Source: Ammoniphilus resinae
GTDB lineage: Bacteria > Bacillota > Bacilli > Aneurinibacillales > RAOX-1
Length of the DNA stretch: 24,000 nucleotides
Reading direction: 5' to 3'
Assembly: GCF_017873965.1 (NCBI RefSeq)
Contig: NZ_JAGGKT010000002.1
Span: 200,312 to 224,311 of the forward strand
Under the pieces are notes generated by a model that ran no database searches, was not told where the DNA came from, and was given only the letters and a program-made list of their open reading frames with translations. Positions 16,189 to 24,000 of this stretch are shown here, piece after piece. The position numbers were made by a program, and so were the translations under genes. Positions within the stretch are counted from its first letter, which is position 1. The number at the start of each line of letters is the position of its first letter.

Positions 16189-16533
16189 ATGCTTGAATTA
16201 CAAATGATCCTTAATCGATTAAGTGAATTAGAGAGGCGTGTACAGATTCTTGAATCATCACAAAACTTTTCGCCATCCTATGGGCAGCAACAGCAGATGG
16301 CCTATCCCACCTATCAGGAGCAAATCATCGCTGTGCGGAAAAATGAGAACGGAAACATTATCGCCGTCATGACAGACCAACAGCGCATCTTGCAATATGA
16401 TCAGGCACTTGCTGAGGCAAAAGCGGGAAAGCTTGCCCATGTAGACGTGTTTCATAAATATGGTCGAGATATCCTTCGTTCGGAACCAGATGGAATCAAG
16501 GAGAATAACCTGGACAATCTACCTTTGTTTTAG
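16189..16533 (+). CDS. DUF3892-like protein with N-terminal coiled coil and Q-rich linker
   Basis: SD ggtggagg. The C-terminal half IIAVRKNENGNIIAV...AKAGKLAHVDVF...ILRSEPDGIKENNLDNLPLF matches my recollection of the DUF3892 pattern. Confidence 0.55.
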   Translation: MLELQMILNRLSELERRVQILESSQNFSPSYGQQQQMAYPTYQEQIIAVRKNENGNIIAVMTDQQRILQYDQALAEAKAGKLAHVDVFHKYGRDILRSEPDGIKENNLDNLPLF

Positions 16534-16535
16534 TT

Positions 16536-16723
16536 GATAACGGAAAAATATTCCGTTATCATGGGAAAACAAAGCAAATCTGAGCGATTAGCGGAAAGAT
16601 GTTCCGTTATGTTTGTTTATTCTACCGTTTGGAGCCTAGTAAACCTACAATAGCGGAAATTTTTGCCGTTATCCTCCTATTTTTCAACTGAAAATGATTA
16701 ATAACGGAAAATTTTTCCGCTAT
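16536..16723. repeat. cluster of four palindromic elements, consensus ATARCGGAA-N5-TTCCGYTAT
   Basis: Copies: 16536-16560 GATAACGGAAaaataTTCCGTTATC (perfect); 16588-16610 TTAGCGGAAagatgTTCCGTTAT; 16650-16672 ATAGCGGAAatttttGCCGTTAT; 16701-16723 ATAACGGAAAatttTTTCCGCTAT. Centre-to-centre spacing is about 51, 62 and 51 bp. A 10-bp direct repeat AAACCTACAA lies at 16641-16650 and 16734-16743. Confidence 0.85.
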
Positions 16724-16786
16724 ACAATTAATTAAACCTACAAAATGGGACAACTATCCCATCAGATTAGATAAAACAAACTGTTT

Positions 16787-16811
16787 AAAAAGGGATTAGA
16801 TCCCTTTTTTT
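16787..16811 (+). terminator. rho-independent terminator closing the repeat-bearing region
   Basis: aaaaagggat-tag-atcccttttttt, about 255 bp after the DUF3892 stop and 24 bp before the next gene. Confidence 0.65.
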
Positions 16812-16834
16812 CAATAAAAGAGGAGACCAAACCA

Positions 16835-17281
16835 ATGAAAGTCATTTTTCTTGACCTTGACGGAGTCATGATTACAGGATCTAATCAGAAACTTAGCAGC
16901 GAATATGATGGATATGTGTTCACACCCACAAGTGTCGAGCACCTGAAGCAGATAATCGACCAAACGGGCGCCTTCATAGTCGTTACATCTACCTATCGAA
17001 AAGCGGGGTTTTCCTATTTAAAAAAGATGTTTGAGGCAAATGGGATCACGGAAGGACTCATCGGTCAGACGCCCGTCCTCGCCTACCACTCACGGGGCAG
17101 GGAAATCCAACAGTATATCGATGAATCACAGCTGGACCCATCCTTAACGGTAGAAAAGTTTGTCATCATCGATGATCATGATGACATGGGAGAGCTCATG
17201 CCCTTTCTAGTCCAGACCAAGTGGCACAGCGGCCTTGATGAAGAAGCGAAGAACAAAGCGATACAGATGTTACTAGATTAA
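16835..17281 (+). CDS. small HAD-superfamily phosphatase-like protein
   Basis: SD agaggag. N-terminal motif I FLDLDGVM, a central VVTSTYR and a late FVIIDDHDD acidic motif. Confidence 0.65.
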   Translation: MKVIFLDLDGVMITGSNQKLSSEYDGYVFTPTSVEHLKQIIDQTGAFIVVTSTYRKAGFSYLKKMFEANGITEGLIGQTPVLAYHSRGREIQQYIDESQLDPSLTVEKFVIIDDHDDMGELMPFLVQTKWHSGLDEEAKNKAIQMLLD

Positions 17282-17291
17282 AAGGAAAAAG

Positions 17292-18419
17292 GTGTTTTCA
17301 TTGCAAACCTATATTGTTGTGGGGGCGGGGATTCTCGGTGCCTCCACTGCTTATCACCTGGCAAAAGCGGGTGCACAGGTGACCTTGGTGGATCGCCAGG
17401 ATGAGGGACAAGCGACGAATGCCGCTGCGGGAATTATTTGCCCATGGCTTTCGCAGCGCCGCAACAAGGCCTGGTACCAACTCGCAAAAAATGGAGCACG
17501 ATACTATCAAACTCTCATGAATGATCTGCACGTGATCGGCGAAATGGATACCGGGTATAAGCAGGTAGGGGCGATCAGTTTGCATACAGATCAAGCTAAA
17601 CTAGACAAGCTGGAAGAAAGGGCCTATCAGCGGCGTCAAGACGCACCGGAAATTGGAGAGATTACACGGCTAACCACAAGTGAGACAAAAAAATTATTCC
17701 CCCCACTTGCGGAAAAATTCAGTTCCGTCCATGTGAGTGGAGCCGCTCGAGTCAACGGCGGAGCGATCCGTCAGGCTTTAGTGAATGCAGCTAAAAAACA
17801 CGGGGCTAATTTCCTTCGCGGGGATGCTACCTTGGTTTGCGAAGGCAGTCGGGTCATTGGCGTGCAGCTTGAGGGGGAGGTTCTGGAATCCGACCAAACC
17901 ATTATCACCACAGGAGCCTGGACCAATGACTTGCTCCAACCACTTGGAATCCCGCCCTTTGTCCATTTTCAAAAAGGACAGATTGTCCATCTTCGAATGC
18001 CTCGTGCGGATACAAAAGCATGGCCTGTTGTAATCCCGCCCACTGATCAATATCTTTTGGCTTTTGAACACGGGCGTGTCGTAGTAGGAGCAACACATGA
18101 AAATGACACAGGTTTTGATTGCCGGGTAACCGCTGGCGGAATCCATGAGGTTTTTCAAAAGGCACTAGAGGTTGCCCCGGGATTGGCGAGCGCCACGGTG
18201 CTGGAAACAAGAGTGGGTTTTCGTCCGTTTACCCCTGGATTTCTTCCGGTTATTGGAGCTTTGCCAGGATATGAAGGGCTCCTCCTAGCTAACGGGTTGG
18301 GTGCATCTGGGCTGACCATGGGGCCGTATCTGGGGTCCGAACTGGCCAAACTTGCCCTCGGGGCCCCCACAGAAATCGACCTCAACTTATACGACGTAGC
18401 GGGAGCAATCGGTCCTTAA
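17292..18419 (+). CDS. FAD-dependent oxidoreductase (DAO family; glycine/D-amino-acid oxidase-like)
   Basis: Dinucleotide-binding motif [19 protein letters not shown]...LVDR and C-terminal [14 protein letters not shown]...NGLGASG. The start is GTG 17292, or possibly TTG 17301. Confidence 0.8.
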   Translation: MFSLQTYIVVGAGILGASTAYHLAKAGAQVTLVDRQDEGQATNAAAGIICPWLSQRRNKAWYQLAKNGARYYQTLMNDLHVIGEMDTGYKQVGAISLHTDQAKLDKLEERAYQRRQDAPEIGEITRLTTSETKKLFPPLAEKFSSVHVSGAARVNGGAIRQALVNAAKKHGANFLRGDATLVCEGSRVIGVQLEGEVLESDQTIITTGAWTNDLLQPLGIPPFVHFQKGQIVHLRMPRADTKAWPVVIPPTDQYLLAFEHGRVVVGATHENDTGFDCRVTAGGIHEVFQKALEVAPGLASATVLETRVGFRPFTPGFLPVIGALPGYEGLLLANGLGASGLTMGPYLGSELAKLALGAPTEIDLNLYDVAGAIGP

Positions 18420-19573
18420 CTCTCCAGCAAAGCCCTTTTCGCTAACAATTTGAGTACAGAATCGTCCATCGGCGGATTGTGCAGCCCAGCCCTTACATCG
18501 CGGTACCATCTTTCCAATGGGAGGGAACGCGACAAGCTTGCCCCTCCGACGATGCGCATGGCCGCGTCAACGATCTCAAGCGCGGTGTTGGTGGCAACTT
18601 TTTTCGCTAACGCGCGCTCCGGTTGCAGCGCGATGCGTTGGTCCGGATGTTTGTCCCACCTGTCAGCGACGGAATAGAGTAGCGTTCGCGCGGTAATCAA
18701 TTTCTCTTCCATGATTCCGATTTGACTCTCAATATGCGGAAGTTCAGCGATTGGACCAGGAAGACTGTTCGGGCGATAATTCTGCGCGTAGTTCACAGCA
18801 AAATCACGTGCGGCGTAAGCTATTCCTAGGTAACAGGCGGGGATATGGAGCAACCACCCATCTCCGTCGCTTTTGGTTTCTGACTTTTTCCGAAGAAGCG
18901 CGTCACTTGGTACAAAGACATGATCAAGCAGCACATCATGGCTGCCAGTGGCCCTCATTCCAATCGTGTTCCAGGTCTCCTCGATGCTTACCCCGTCCTG
19001 TTTGCGTACAAAGAAGAGGCCGACTTCATCTTCGTCCGCCATATAAGCTGAAACGATAAATTGATCAAGTGCAGGACTTAAGGTACTAAAACTCTTCCGA
19101 CCCGTAATCAGCCATCCTCCCTCCGTCTCTTCTACAACCGTTTCTGGCCTACCGCCCCGTGTGGGGCTTCCTGTTTTCGGTTCACTGGAAAAATGGTTAA
19201 TCATCGCCCCCTCCGCGACAACATCCCGACAAAAGCGTTCAAACAGCTCTTCTGGCCAATCCCTGGTGTAGCGATAGTGGTGAACCAGCCCAATATGCCA
19301 ACCAACCGCAAGGGCAGTAGAGCCATCTCCGCGCGCCAACCGTTCTTGTGCGAGGACCATTTCGTACAAGGAAATCTCATCACCGCCATATTTTTTCGGA
19401 ACCGTCAACTTAAGATAACCTGCTTCCTTCAGCCCCGCAATATTATCAAAAGGGAAGGACCCTTCCAGATCATGTTTCGCTGCCCTGCCGGCAAATACTT
19501 CGGCTAATCGTTCAACCATAGCGACAAGTGCTGCTTCCTTTTCATTCCGCACAAAATAATCGATATTTTTCAT
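18416..19573 (-). CDS. acyl-CoA dehydrogenase family protein
   Basis: 385 aa with the three-domain ACAD layout and a C-terminal [11 protein letters not shown]-type motif. SD aaaggtgg upstream. Confidence 0.85.
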   Translation of the reverse strand: MKNIDYFVRNEKEAALVAMVERLAEVFAGRAAKHDLEGSFPFDNIAGLKEAGYLKLTVPKKYGGDEISLYEMVLAQERLARGDGSTALAVGWHIGLVHHYRYTRDWPEELFERFCRDVVAEGAMINHFSSEPKTGSPTRGGRPETVVEETEGGWLITGRKSFSTLSPALDQFIVSAYMADEDEVGLFFVRKQDGVSIEETWNTIGMRATGSHDVLLDHVFVPSDALLRKKSETKSDGDGWLLHIPACYLGIAYAARDFAVNYAQNYRPNSLPGPIAELPHIESQIGIMEEKLITARTLLYSVADRWDKHPDQRIALQPERALAKKVATNTALEIVDAAMRIVGGASLSRSLPLERWYRDVRAGLHNPPMDDSVLKLLAKRALLES

Positions 19574-19641
19574 GACTTTCTGACCACCTTTCTATAACTA
19601 TTATAAACAAATTCATCCTAGCTGCAGGGGTGCATTCTCAT

Positions 19642-19664
19642 CTAAAGGAAAATTATTCCGCTAC
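19642..19664. repeat. degenerate copy of the ATARCGGAA-N5-TTCCGYTAT palindrome
   Basis: cTAAaGGAAaattaTTCCGCTAc: left half 7/9 and right half 8/9 to the consensus. It lies in the divergent promoter region between the ACAD and MBL-fold genes. Confidence 0.4.
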
Positions 19665-19709
19665 TCTGGTAAAATAAAAAGATAACTCGTTTTGAAAAGG
19701 TGGTTTCAT

Positions 19710-20678
19710 ATGATTGCAAAACATTGTACCGTATATCCGATTATCGTACCTACACCATACAACTTAAAAAGCTTTAATTTTTATCTGGTTGAGGAAGCCG
19801 GTTCACTGAGCTTAATCGATGCTGGGGTAGATACCGTAGATGCTTGGGAACTTCTAAGGCAAACCTTAACAAAACACGGATTTGCGTTTTCAGACCTAAA
19901 GCAAATCCTCGTTACACATAACCATCATGACCATATCGGATTAATTAATCGAATTTGTGCCCAGCAGGCGGTCCCAGTCTATGCTCACGCCGAAGCAATT
20001 CCAAGGATGAAGCGGGATCCAAAGTTTCTTACGATGAGGATTAAGTTCTTCGAACAGCTTTATCGTGAAATGGGATGTGGTCCCATGGGAGAAAAGCAGA
20101 TTGAGAAGTTAAAGGAAGCTGTTCATAACAATCAGCATCAGATGATTCGAACTGACATCCTCCCATTCACTGGATCCGATTCAATTGGTGATTTCCAAAT
20201 CATCGAAACACCTGGGCATGCTCCTGACCATGTTTCCTTCTTTGATCCAAAGAAAAAGTGGCTTTTTGTCGGGGACCATCTTATCCAGCATATATCCAGC
20301 AATGCCATCGTTGAACCTGACCAACAAGGACAACGGATCCTTACGTTAATTCAATACAAAGAATCCCTGCAAAAATGCCTAACCATCGATGCAGAGATCA
20401 TCTTTCCCGGTCATGGCGAACTGATCCGCAATCACCAAGAACTGATTCATCGGCGGTTAACCCGAATGGATCAAAAAGCAGAAAAGATGCTGGAGTTGCT
20501 TGCAAGTGGACTTTCCACTGCCAATCAGCTTGCTCAAACCTTGTACAAGGGAAAATATGAAAGTGAATTTTCCTTAGTCATGTCAGAAATCATCGGTCAT
20601 CTCGATTATTTGGAGGCAAATGGCAGGATTCAAAAAGATCAAAAGGATGGGGTCTGGCAATATTCGCCATTAAATTAA
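19710..20678 (+). CDS. MBL-fold metallo-hydrolase
   Basis: Start revised to ATG 19710 (SD aaaaggtgg, 6-nt spacing). Metal-binding motif THNHHDH, then later TPGHAPDH and GH. Confidence 0.8.
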   Translation: MIAKHCTVYPIIVPTPYNLKSFNFYLVEEAGSLSLIDAGVDTVDAWELLRQTLTKHGFAFSDLKQILVTHNHHDHIGLINRICAQQAVPVYAHAEAIPRMKRDPKFLTMRIKFFEQLYREMGCGPMGEKQIEKLKEAVHNNQHQMIRTDILPFTGSDSIGDFQIIETPGHAPDHVSFFDPKKKWLFVGDHLIQHISSNAIVEPDQQGQRILTLIQYKESLQKCLTIDAEIIFPGHGELIRNHQELIHRRLTRMDQKAEKMLELLASGLSTANQLAQTLYKGKYESEFSLVMSEIIGHLDYLEANGRIQKDQKDGVWQYSPLN

Positions 20679-20737
20679 TGTAACCTACAGCCCCTGTTAA
20701 ACGTCTACCTTATATATTAGGAGAGGGGTATCAATCC

Positions 20738-22219
20738 ATGAAAAAGGCAATTCTAGCCTTCACTGTAATCACAAGTTTGTGTACGTCAGGTCTGCCGGCA
20801 TCTGCTGTGACGGATCCTGTGACGACGATTTCCCATTTTGAAGCAAACAGCCTGATCACGTCCGATGGGTCTTACTGGGTGTGGGGCGGGCAACAATCTG
20901 TCCCGACACAAGTACACGGGATCGATGATGCCGTAGAATCGTTCGAGAGCCAACTGGTTAAAAAAGAAGATGGGTCGATCGTATTCGTCGAGCGGGACCT
21001 GTATTTGCCATCGGACATCACCGTACATCCCGTTCCAGGACTCAGTAATATAACTTCTGTCCATGCCAGTTGGAATGAACTTCTAGCGACTGATCAAGAA
21101 GGACGGGTGTTTGTCATTCCCTACTCAGGTGGACGTCCAATTGCGTCGACAATCGGTAACGTAACTCAAGTAGAAGGGATCGATCAGGTAAAAGAAATCT
21201 TCAGCTTTTACGAGGTAGATGATCATTACAATCACACCATGCGCTGGATTTTCCTGAAAAAGGACGGCACCTTGTGGAGAAATACGTCGGGGTTAGAAGG
21301 ATTTGAGCAGGTCCGCTCGTTATCAGGCATCATTGAAATTGAAGAAAATCTTGCGTTAAAAGAGGATGGAACCGTTTGGTCTTTTCCCTTAAGACCCATT
21401 TCCTCCAATGACCCTGTGAAAGTCGAAGGTCTGCCAACCATCCAAAAAATTGCAACAGATGAAAGAAGTAATGCGGCGATCGATCGGGAGGGGAAGCTTT
21501 GGTTTTGGGGTGCCACGCTAACAGGTTCTTCGGATGGTACCCAAGTGCATTTTCAATCAAAACCCGTGCGGCTAACCGGTATTCGCAACGTTGCTGAAGT
21601 GTATTTTATCGAACGCACACTGATTGCTTTGACGAATGATGATCAACTGTATGCTGCTTCCATCAACCGCGAAAAGATGCCTGCCAATGCTAAGTTTGAG
21701 CAGCTTACCTCTGGCGTGACAGAACTTCAACCCAGTACACGACATTTGATCCTACGAAAGTCGGACGGCACCTTATGGGGTTGGGGAGTGAATAAAAATG
21801 CACAGTTAGGATTTGGCGATTACGAATTTATGTACAATAAGCCAGTACCCATGCAGCCTCCTGTGACGATTGTGCTCAACGAAAAGTCCGTTTCTTTAAC
21901 CAATGGCGTAATTATTCGTAACGGCCAGGCCTTTATCCCGCTTCGATCCGTCTTTGAACAATTAGGGGCAATTCCAACGTGGAATGCAGCGAATCGGACG
22001 GTCACAATCGAACAGAAAAAGAATGGAACACCGCCAATTCGGATCGTCGTCAATTACACGACTGGGAAAACCCTCGTAAACGACCACCCGATCATGCTTG
22101 CTAATGATCCCTTTATTATACAGGGAATTTCTTATTTGCCACTTCGCTTCATTAGTGAATCGCTTGGAGCAAAGGTCGACTGGATCAAGGAGCAGCGAAA
22201 AATCGTGATTACAATGTGA
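20738..22219 (+). CDS. secreted RCC1-repeat (beta-propeller) protein with C-terminal copper-amine-oxidase-N-like domain
   Basis: Signal peptide ending PASA. Repeated DG(T/S)(L/V/Y)W.(F/W)(G/P) units, including GTLWGWGVNKNAQLGFGD. C-terminal ...IIRNGQAFIPLRSVFEQLGA...WN...RTVTI... and ...GISYLPLRFISESLGAKVDW are typical of that stalk domain. Confidence 0.75.
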   Translation: MKKAILAFTVITSLCTSGLPASAVTDPVTTISHFEANSLITSDGSYWVWGGQQSVPTQVHGIDDAVESFESQLVKKEDGSIVFVERDLYLPSDITVHPVPGLSNITSVHASWNELLATDQEGRVFVIPYSGGRPIASTIGNVTQVEGIDQVKEIFSFYEVDDHYNHTMRWIFLKKDGTLWRNTSGLEGFEQVRSLSGIIEIEENLALKEDGTVWSFPLRPISSNDPVKVEGLPTIQKIATDERSNAAIDREGKLWFWGATLTGSSDGTQVHFQSKPVRLTGIRNVAEVYFIERTLIALTNDDQLYAASINREKMPANAKFEQLTSGVTELQPSTRHLILRKSDGTLWGWGVNKNAQLGFGDYEFMYNKPVPMQPPVTIVLNEKSVSLTNGVIIRNGQAFIPLRSVFEQLGAIPTWNAANRTVTIEQKKNGTPPIRIVVNYTTGKTLVNDHPIMLANDPFIIQGISYLPLRFISESLGAKVDWIKEQRKIVITM

Positions 22220-22335
22220 TTATGAAATATTTGTTACATAAAGATAGATTGGTAAATGATGTGAATTTCATCACATAAGAAGTGAGGCTCCTCCTTTATA
22301 CTGCTAATAAACAATAGTAAAGGGGAAGGGCCCCT

Positions 22336-23586
22336 ATGAAAAGCACAATCTTTCAATCCGCACCCGTACCAATGTTGCTTTATAAAGAGAAAATTTTATA
22401 CGCCAATCCTGCCTTTATCGAATTGACTGGGTACCCCGAAAACGAAATCTATAAAATCGATTTATGGGATTTCATAGAAGAGGAATCGAGAGAAATCATT
22501 CAAGAGGCGATAAAGAATCGTGCTTTAAACCAGATGCCTAAAGCAGAGTACCAGTTTAAACTTTATACTAAGTCAAAAGATACCCGATGGATTCATTTAG
22601 TCGCTACAACCATCTTACTAAATAACGAATACATCGGGTTTGCTACTTGTTTTGATATAACGGAGCAGAAGCACCTTCAGGATCAATTGAAATTAAAAGA
22701 TCTGCTTTGGACCAATATCTTTAACCAACATAGTGCGATTATGCTGCTCGTCGACCCCGAAGCAGAAGGAACCATTGTTGATGCAAACCCCGCTGCTTCA
22801 CAGTTTTATGGTTACTCCATTGATCAACTGAAACAAATGAAAATCAGTGAGATTAATGTCCTGCCTATTTCACAAATAACTCACAGCTTGCAAGAGGCAA
22901 AAGAAAATCAAAAGAAAGAATTCCGCTTCAAACATCGCCTTGCCAACGGGGAGATACGGGATGTTCAAGTCTATTCCAGCACTATTCTCGGTATGGATAA
23001 AAAGCTTCTTTTTTCCATCATTCACGATATAACAGACCAAGTCATCTATGAAAATGAACTCGTTCATCTAAATAAAAAATTGAAAAAAATCTCATCACTA
23101 GATGGATTAACCGGAATTTATAATCGCCGGGCTTTCGATCAGTTTATCCTTCATAGTTGGCAGGGATGCAAGCAACTTTCTTTAATCATGGTGGATATTG
23201 ATCAATTTAAAAAATACAACGATACCTATGGACACCTGCAAGGGGATGAGTGTTTGAAACAAGTCGCGGAGGCATTGGTGAGTTCAGTCCAACGATCCGC
23301 GGATTTGGTGGCAAGGTACGGAGGGGAAGAGTTTGCCGTCATTCTTCAAAATTCAAGCAAAGCGGGTGTATTGCATGTTGCCGAAAAACTGCGAGATCAG
23401 GTCGAATCACTGCGTATCCCACATTCAGCTTCCGACGTGAGTGAGTTTGTAACGATCAGCCTTGGTGTTTGTCATGCCGAATCGGCTGACTCAATTGAGG
23501 ATCTGATTGTAAAAGCCGACCAGGCCCTTTACCTTGCCAAAAATAGAGGACGAAACCAGGTGGTGATGTATGAAGAAACGGGATGA
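22336..23586 (+). CDS. diguanylate cyclase, PAS-PAS-GGDEF, cytoplasmic
   Basis: Two PAS-like modules, then DGLTGIYNRRAF, active site RYGGEEFAV, and an RSAD (RxxD I-site) 5 residues upstream of GGEEF. Confidence 0.85.
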   Translation: MKSTIFQSAPVPMLLYKEKILYANPAFIELTGYPENEIYKIDLWDFIEEESREIIQEAIKNRALNQMPKAEYQFKLYTKSKDTRWIHLVATTILLNNEYIGFATCFDITEQKHLQDQLKLKDLLWTNIFNQHSAIMLLVDPEAEGTIVDANPAASQFYGYSIDQLKQMKISEINVLPISQITHSLQEAKENQKKEFRFKHRLANGEIRDVQVYSSTILGMDKKLLFSIIHDITDQVIYENELVHLNKKLKKISSLDGLTGIYNRRAFDQFILHSWQGCKQLSLIMVDIDQFKKYNDTYGHLQGDECLKQVAEALVSSVQRSADLVARYGGEEFAVILQNSSKAGVLHVAEKLRDQVESLRIPHSASDVSEFVTISLGVCHAESADSIEDLIVKADQALYLAKNRGRNQVVMYEETG

Positions 23587-23625
23587 TTGAAATAGCGGAA
23601 AATATTTCCGTTATTTCAATCATCC
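23581..23625. repeat. extended copy of the palindromic element (21-nt arms); bidirectional terminator-like hairpin
   Basis: ggatgattgaaatagcggaaa-ata-tttccgttatttcaatcatcc, with one G-T position. The core 23592-23614 matches the 16.5-kb copies. The arms contain the DGC stop (TGA 23584-23586) and the CorA stop (tca 23616-23618). Confidence 0.8.
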
Positions 23626-24000
23626 CCTAGCCAGCCTTTTTTCTTAAACCACCAAAACATGCTTATCCCGATAAGCGCCATGAATGCGAGCACGAGATAG
23701 TATCCATAGTGCCAGGACAACTCGGGCATATTCACAAAGTTCATCCCATATACGCCAGCAATAAATGTTAAAGGAATGAAAATGGCCGAGATGATCGTCA
23801 AGGTCATCATAATGTTGTTCATCCGATTGGAATTCAGCGATATATAACTGTCCCGAATATCTGACGTCACATCGCGATTCGATTCAACCATCTCCGCCAG
23901 CTTTAATAAATGGTCGTAGATGTCGGCGAAATACATCTTTTGTTCTTTCGGTATCTCAATCCTTTCCGAATTTAAGATTCGATAGAGAAGGTCTCTCATT
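23616..24000 (-). CDS. corA: CorA-family magnesium/cobalt transporter, C-terminal fragment (5' end beyond window)
   Basis: YGMNF signature (GVYGMNF) between two C-terminal transmembrane helices. The frame is still open at the window edge. Confidence 0.85.
   Translation of the reverse strand, partial: MRDLLYRILNSERIEIPKEQKMYFADIYDHLLKLAEMVESNRDVTSDIRDSYISLNSNRMNNIMMTLTIISAIFIPLTFIAGVYGMNFVNMPELSWHYGYYLVLAFMALIGISMFWWFKKKGWLGDD

Noticed and set aside
16536-16723. Possible CRISPR array (short palindromic repeats with 27-39 bp spacers)
   Set aside because: The four repeats differ from each other and one is inverted. There are only four copies, no leader and no cas genes, and isolated copies occur elsewhere. 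This behaves like a dispersed palindromic element, not a CRISPR array.
17708-17731. CGGAA-N8-TTCCG partial palindrome resembling the intergenic element, inside the FAD oxidoreductase gene
   Set aside because: Only the 5-bp core matches, the spacing is different, and the flanking ATA/TAT arms are absent. It is most likely chance within coding sequence.
1-24000. Defence island, prophage, mobile element or toxin-antitoxin content
   Set aside because: I recognised no integrase, transposase, recombinase, nuclease/helicase/ATPase defence-type proteins, phage structural genes or flanking tRNA/att-like repeats. Gene content is metabolic, regulatory and sporulation housekeeping.

Overview
This looks like a chromosomal window from an endospore-forming Firmicute, probably Bacillaceae. 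Markers are an alpha/beta-type SASP, a YhcN/YlaJ spore lipoprotein, liaIH-liaFSR and an HprK-like kinase. I call about 25 protein genes. In order they are: an amidohydrolase 3' fragment; a COG4091-like SAF-domain dehydrogenase, a GntR/FadR regulator and a lone TRAP DctP-type binding lipoprotein; liaI-liaH-liaF-liaS-liaR (no liaG); a SASP divergent from a YhcN/YlaJ lipoprotein; an HprK-like kinase abutting an MFS transporter; a 45-aa ORF absent from the ORF track; a 2-keto-4-pentenoate-hydratase-family enzyme; an SDR divergent from a three-gene ABC-2 exporter; an 83-aa unknown divergent from a DUF3892-like protein; a small HAD-like protein; a FAD oxidoreductase convergent with an acyl-CoA dehydrogenase; an MBL-fold hydrolase; a secreted RCC1-repeat protein; a PAS-PAS-GGDEF cyclase; and a CorA 3' fragment. 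I saw no rRNA, tRNA, CRISPR, transposase, prophage or recognisable defence genes, and I cannot honestly point to a clear novel multi-gene system. The most unusual content is non-coding. (1) An unassigned palindromic element (ATARCGGAA-N5-TTCCGYTAT) occurs six times, always intergenic: four clustered at 16536-16723, one at 23581-23625 overlapping the stop codons of two convergent genes, and one degenerate copy at 19642-19664. (2) A 52-bp tandem array (4.4 units, 12052-12281) has invariant alternating complementary arms. Secondary leads are a divergent HprK-like kinase abutting an MFS transporter behind a cre-consensus site, the 45-aa ORF, and an atypical SASP with an insertion. All functional statements come from reading motifs by eye; no searches were run.
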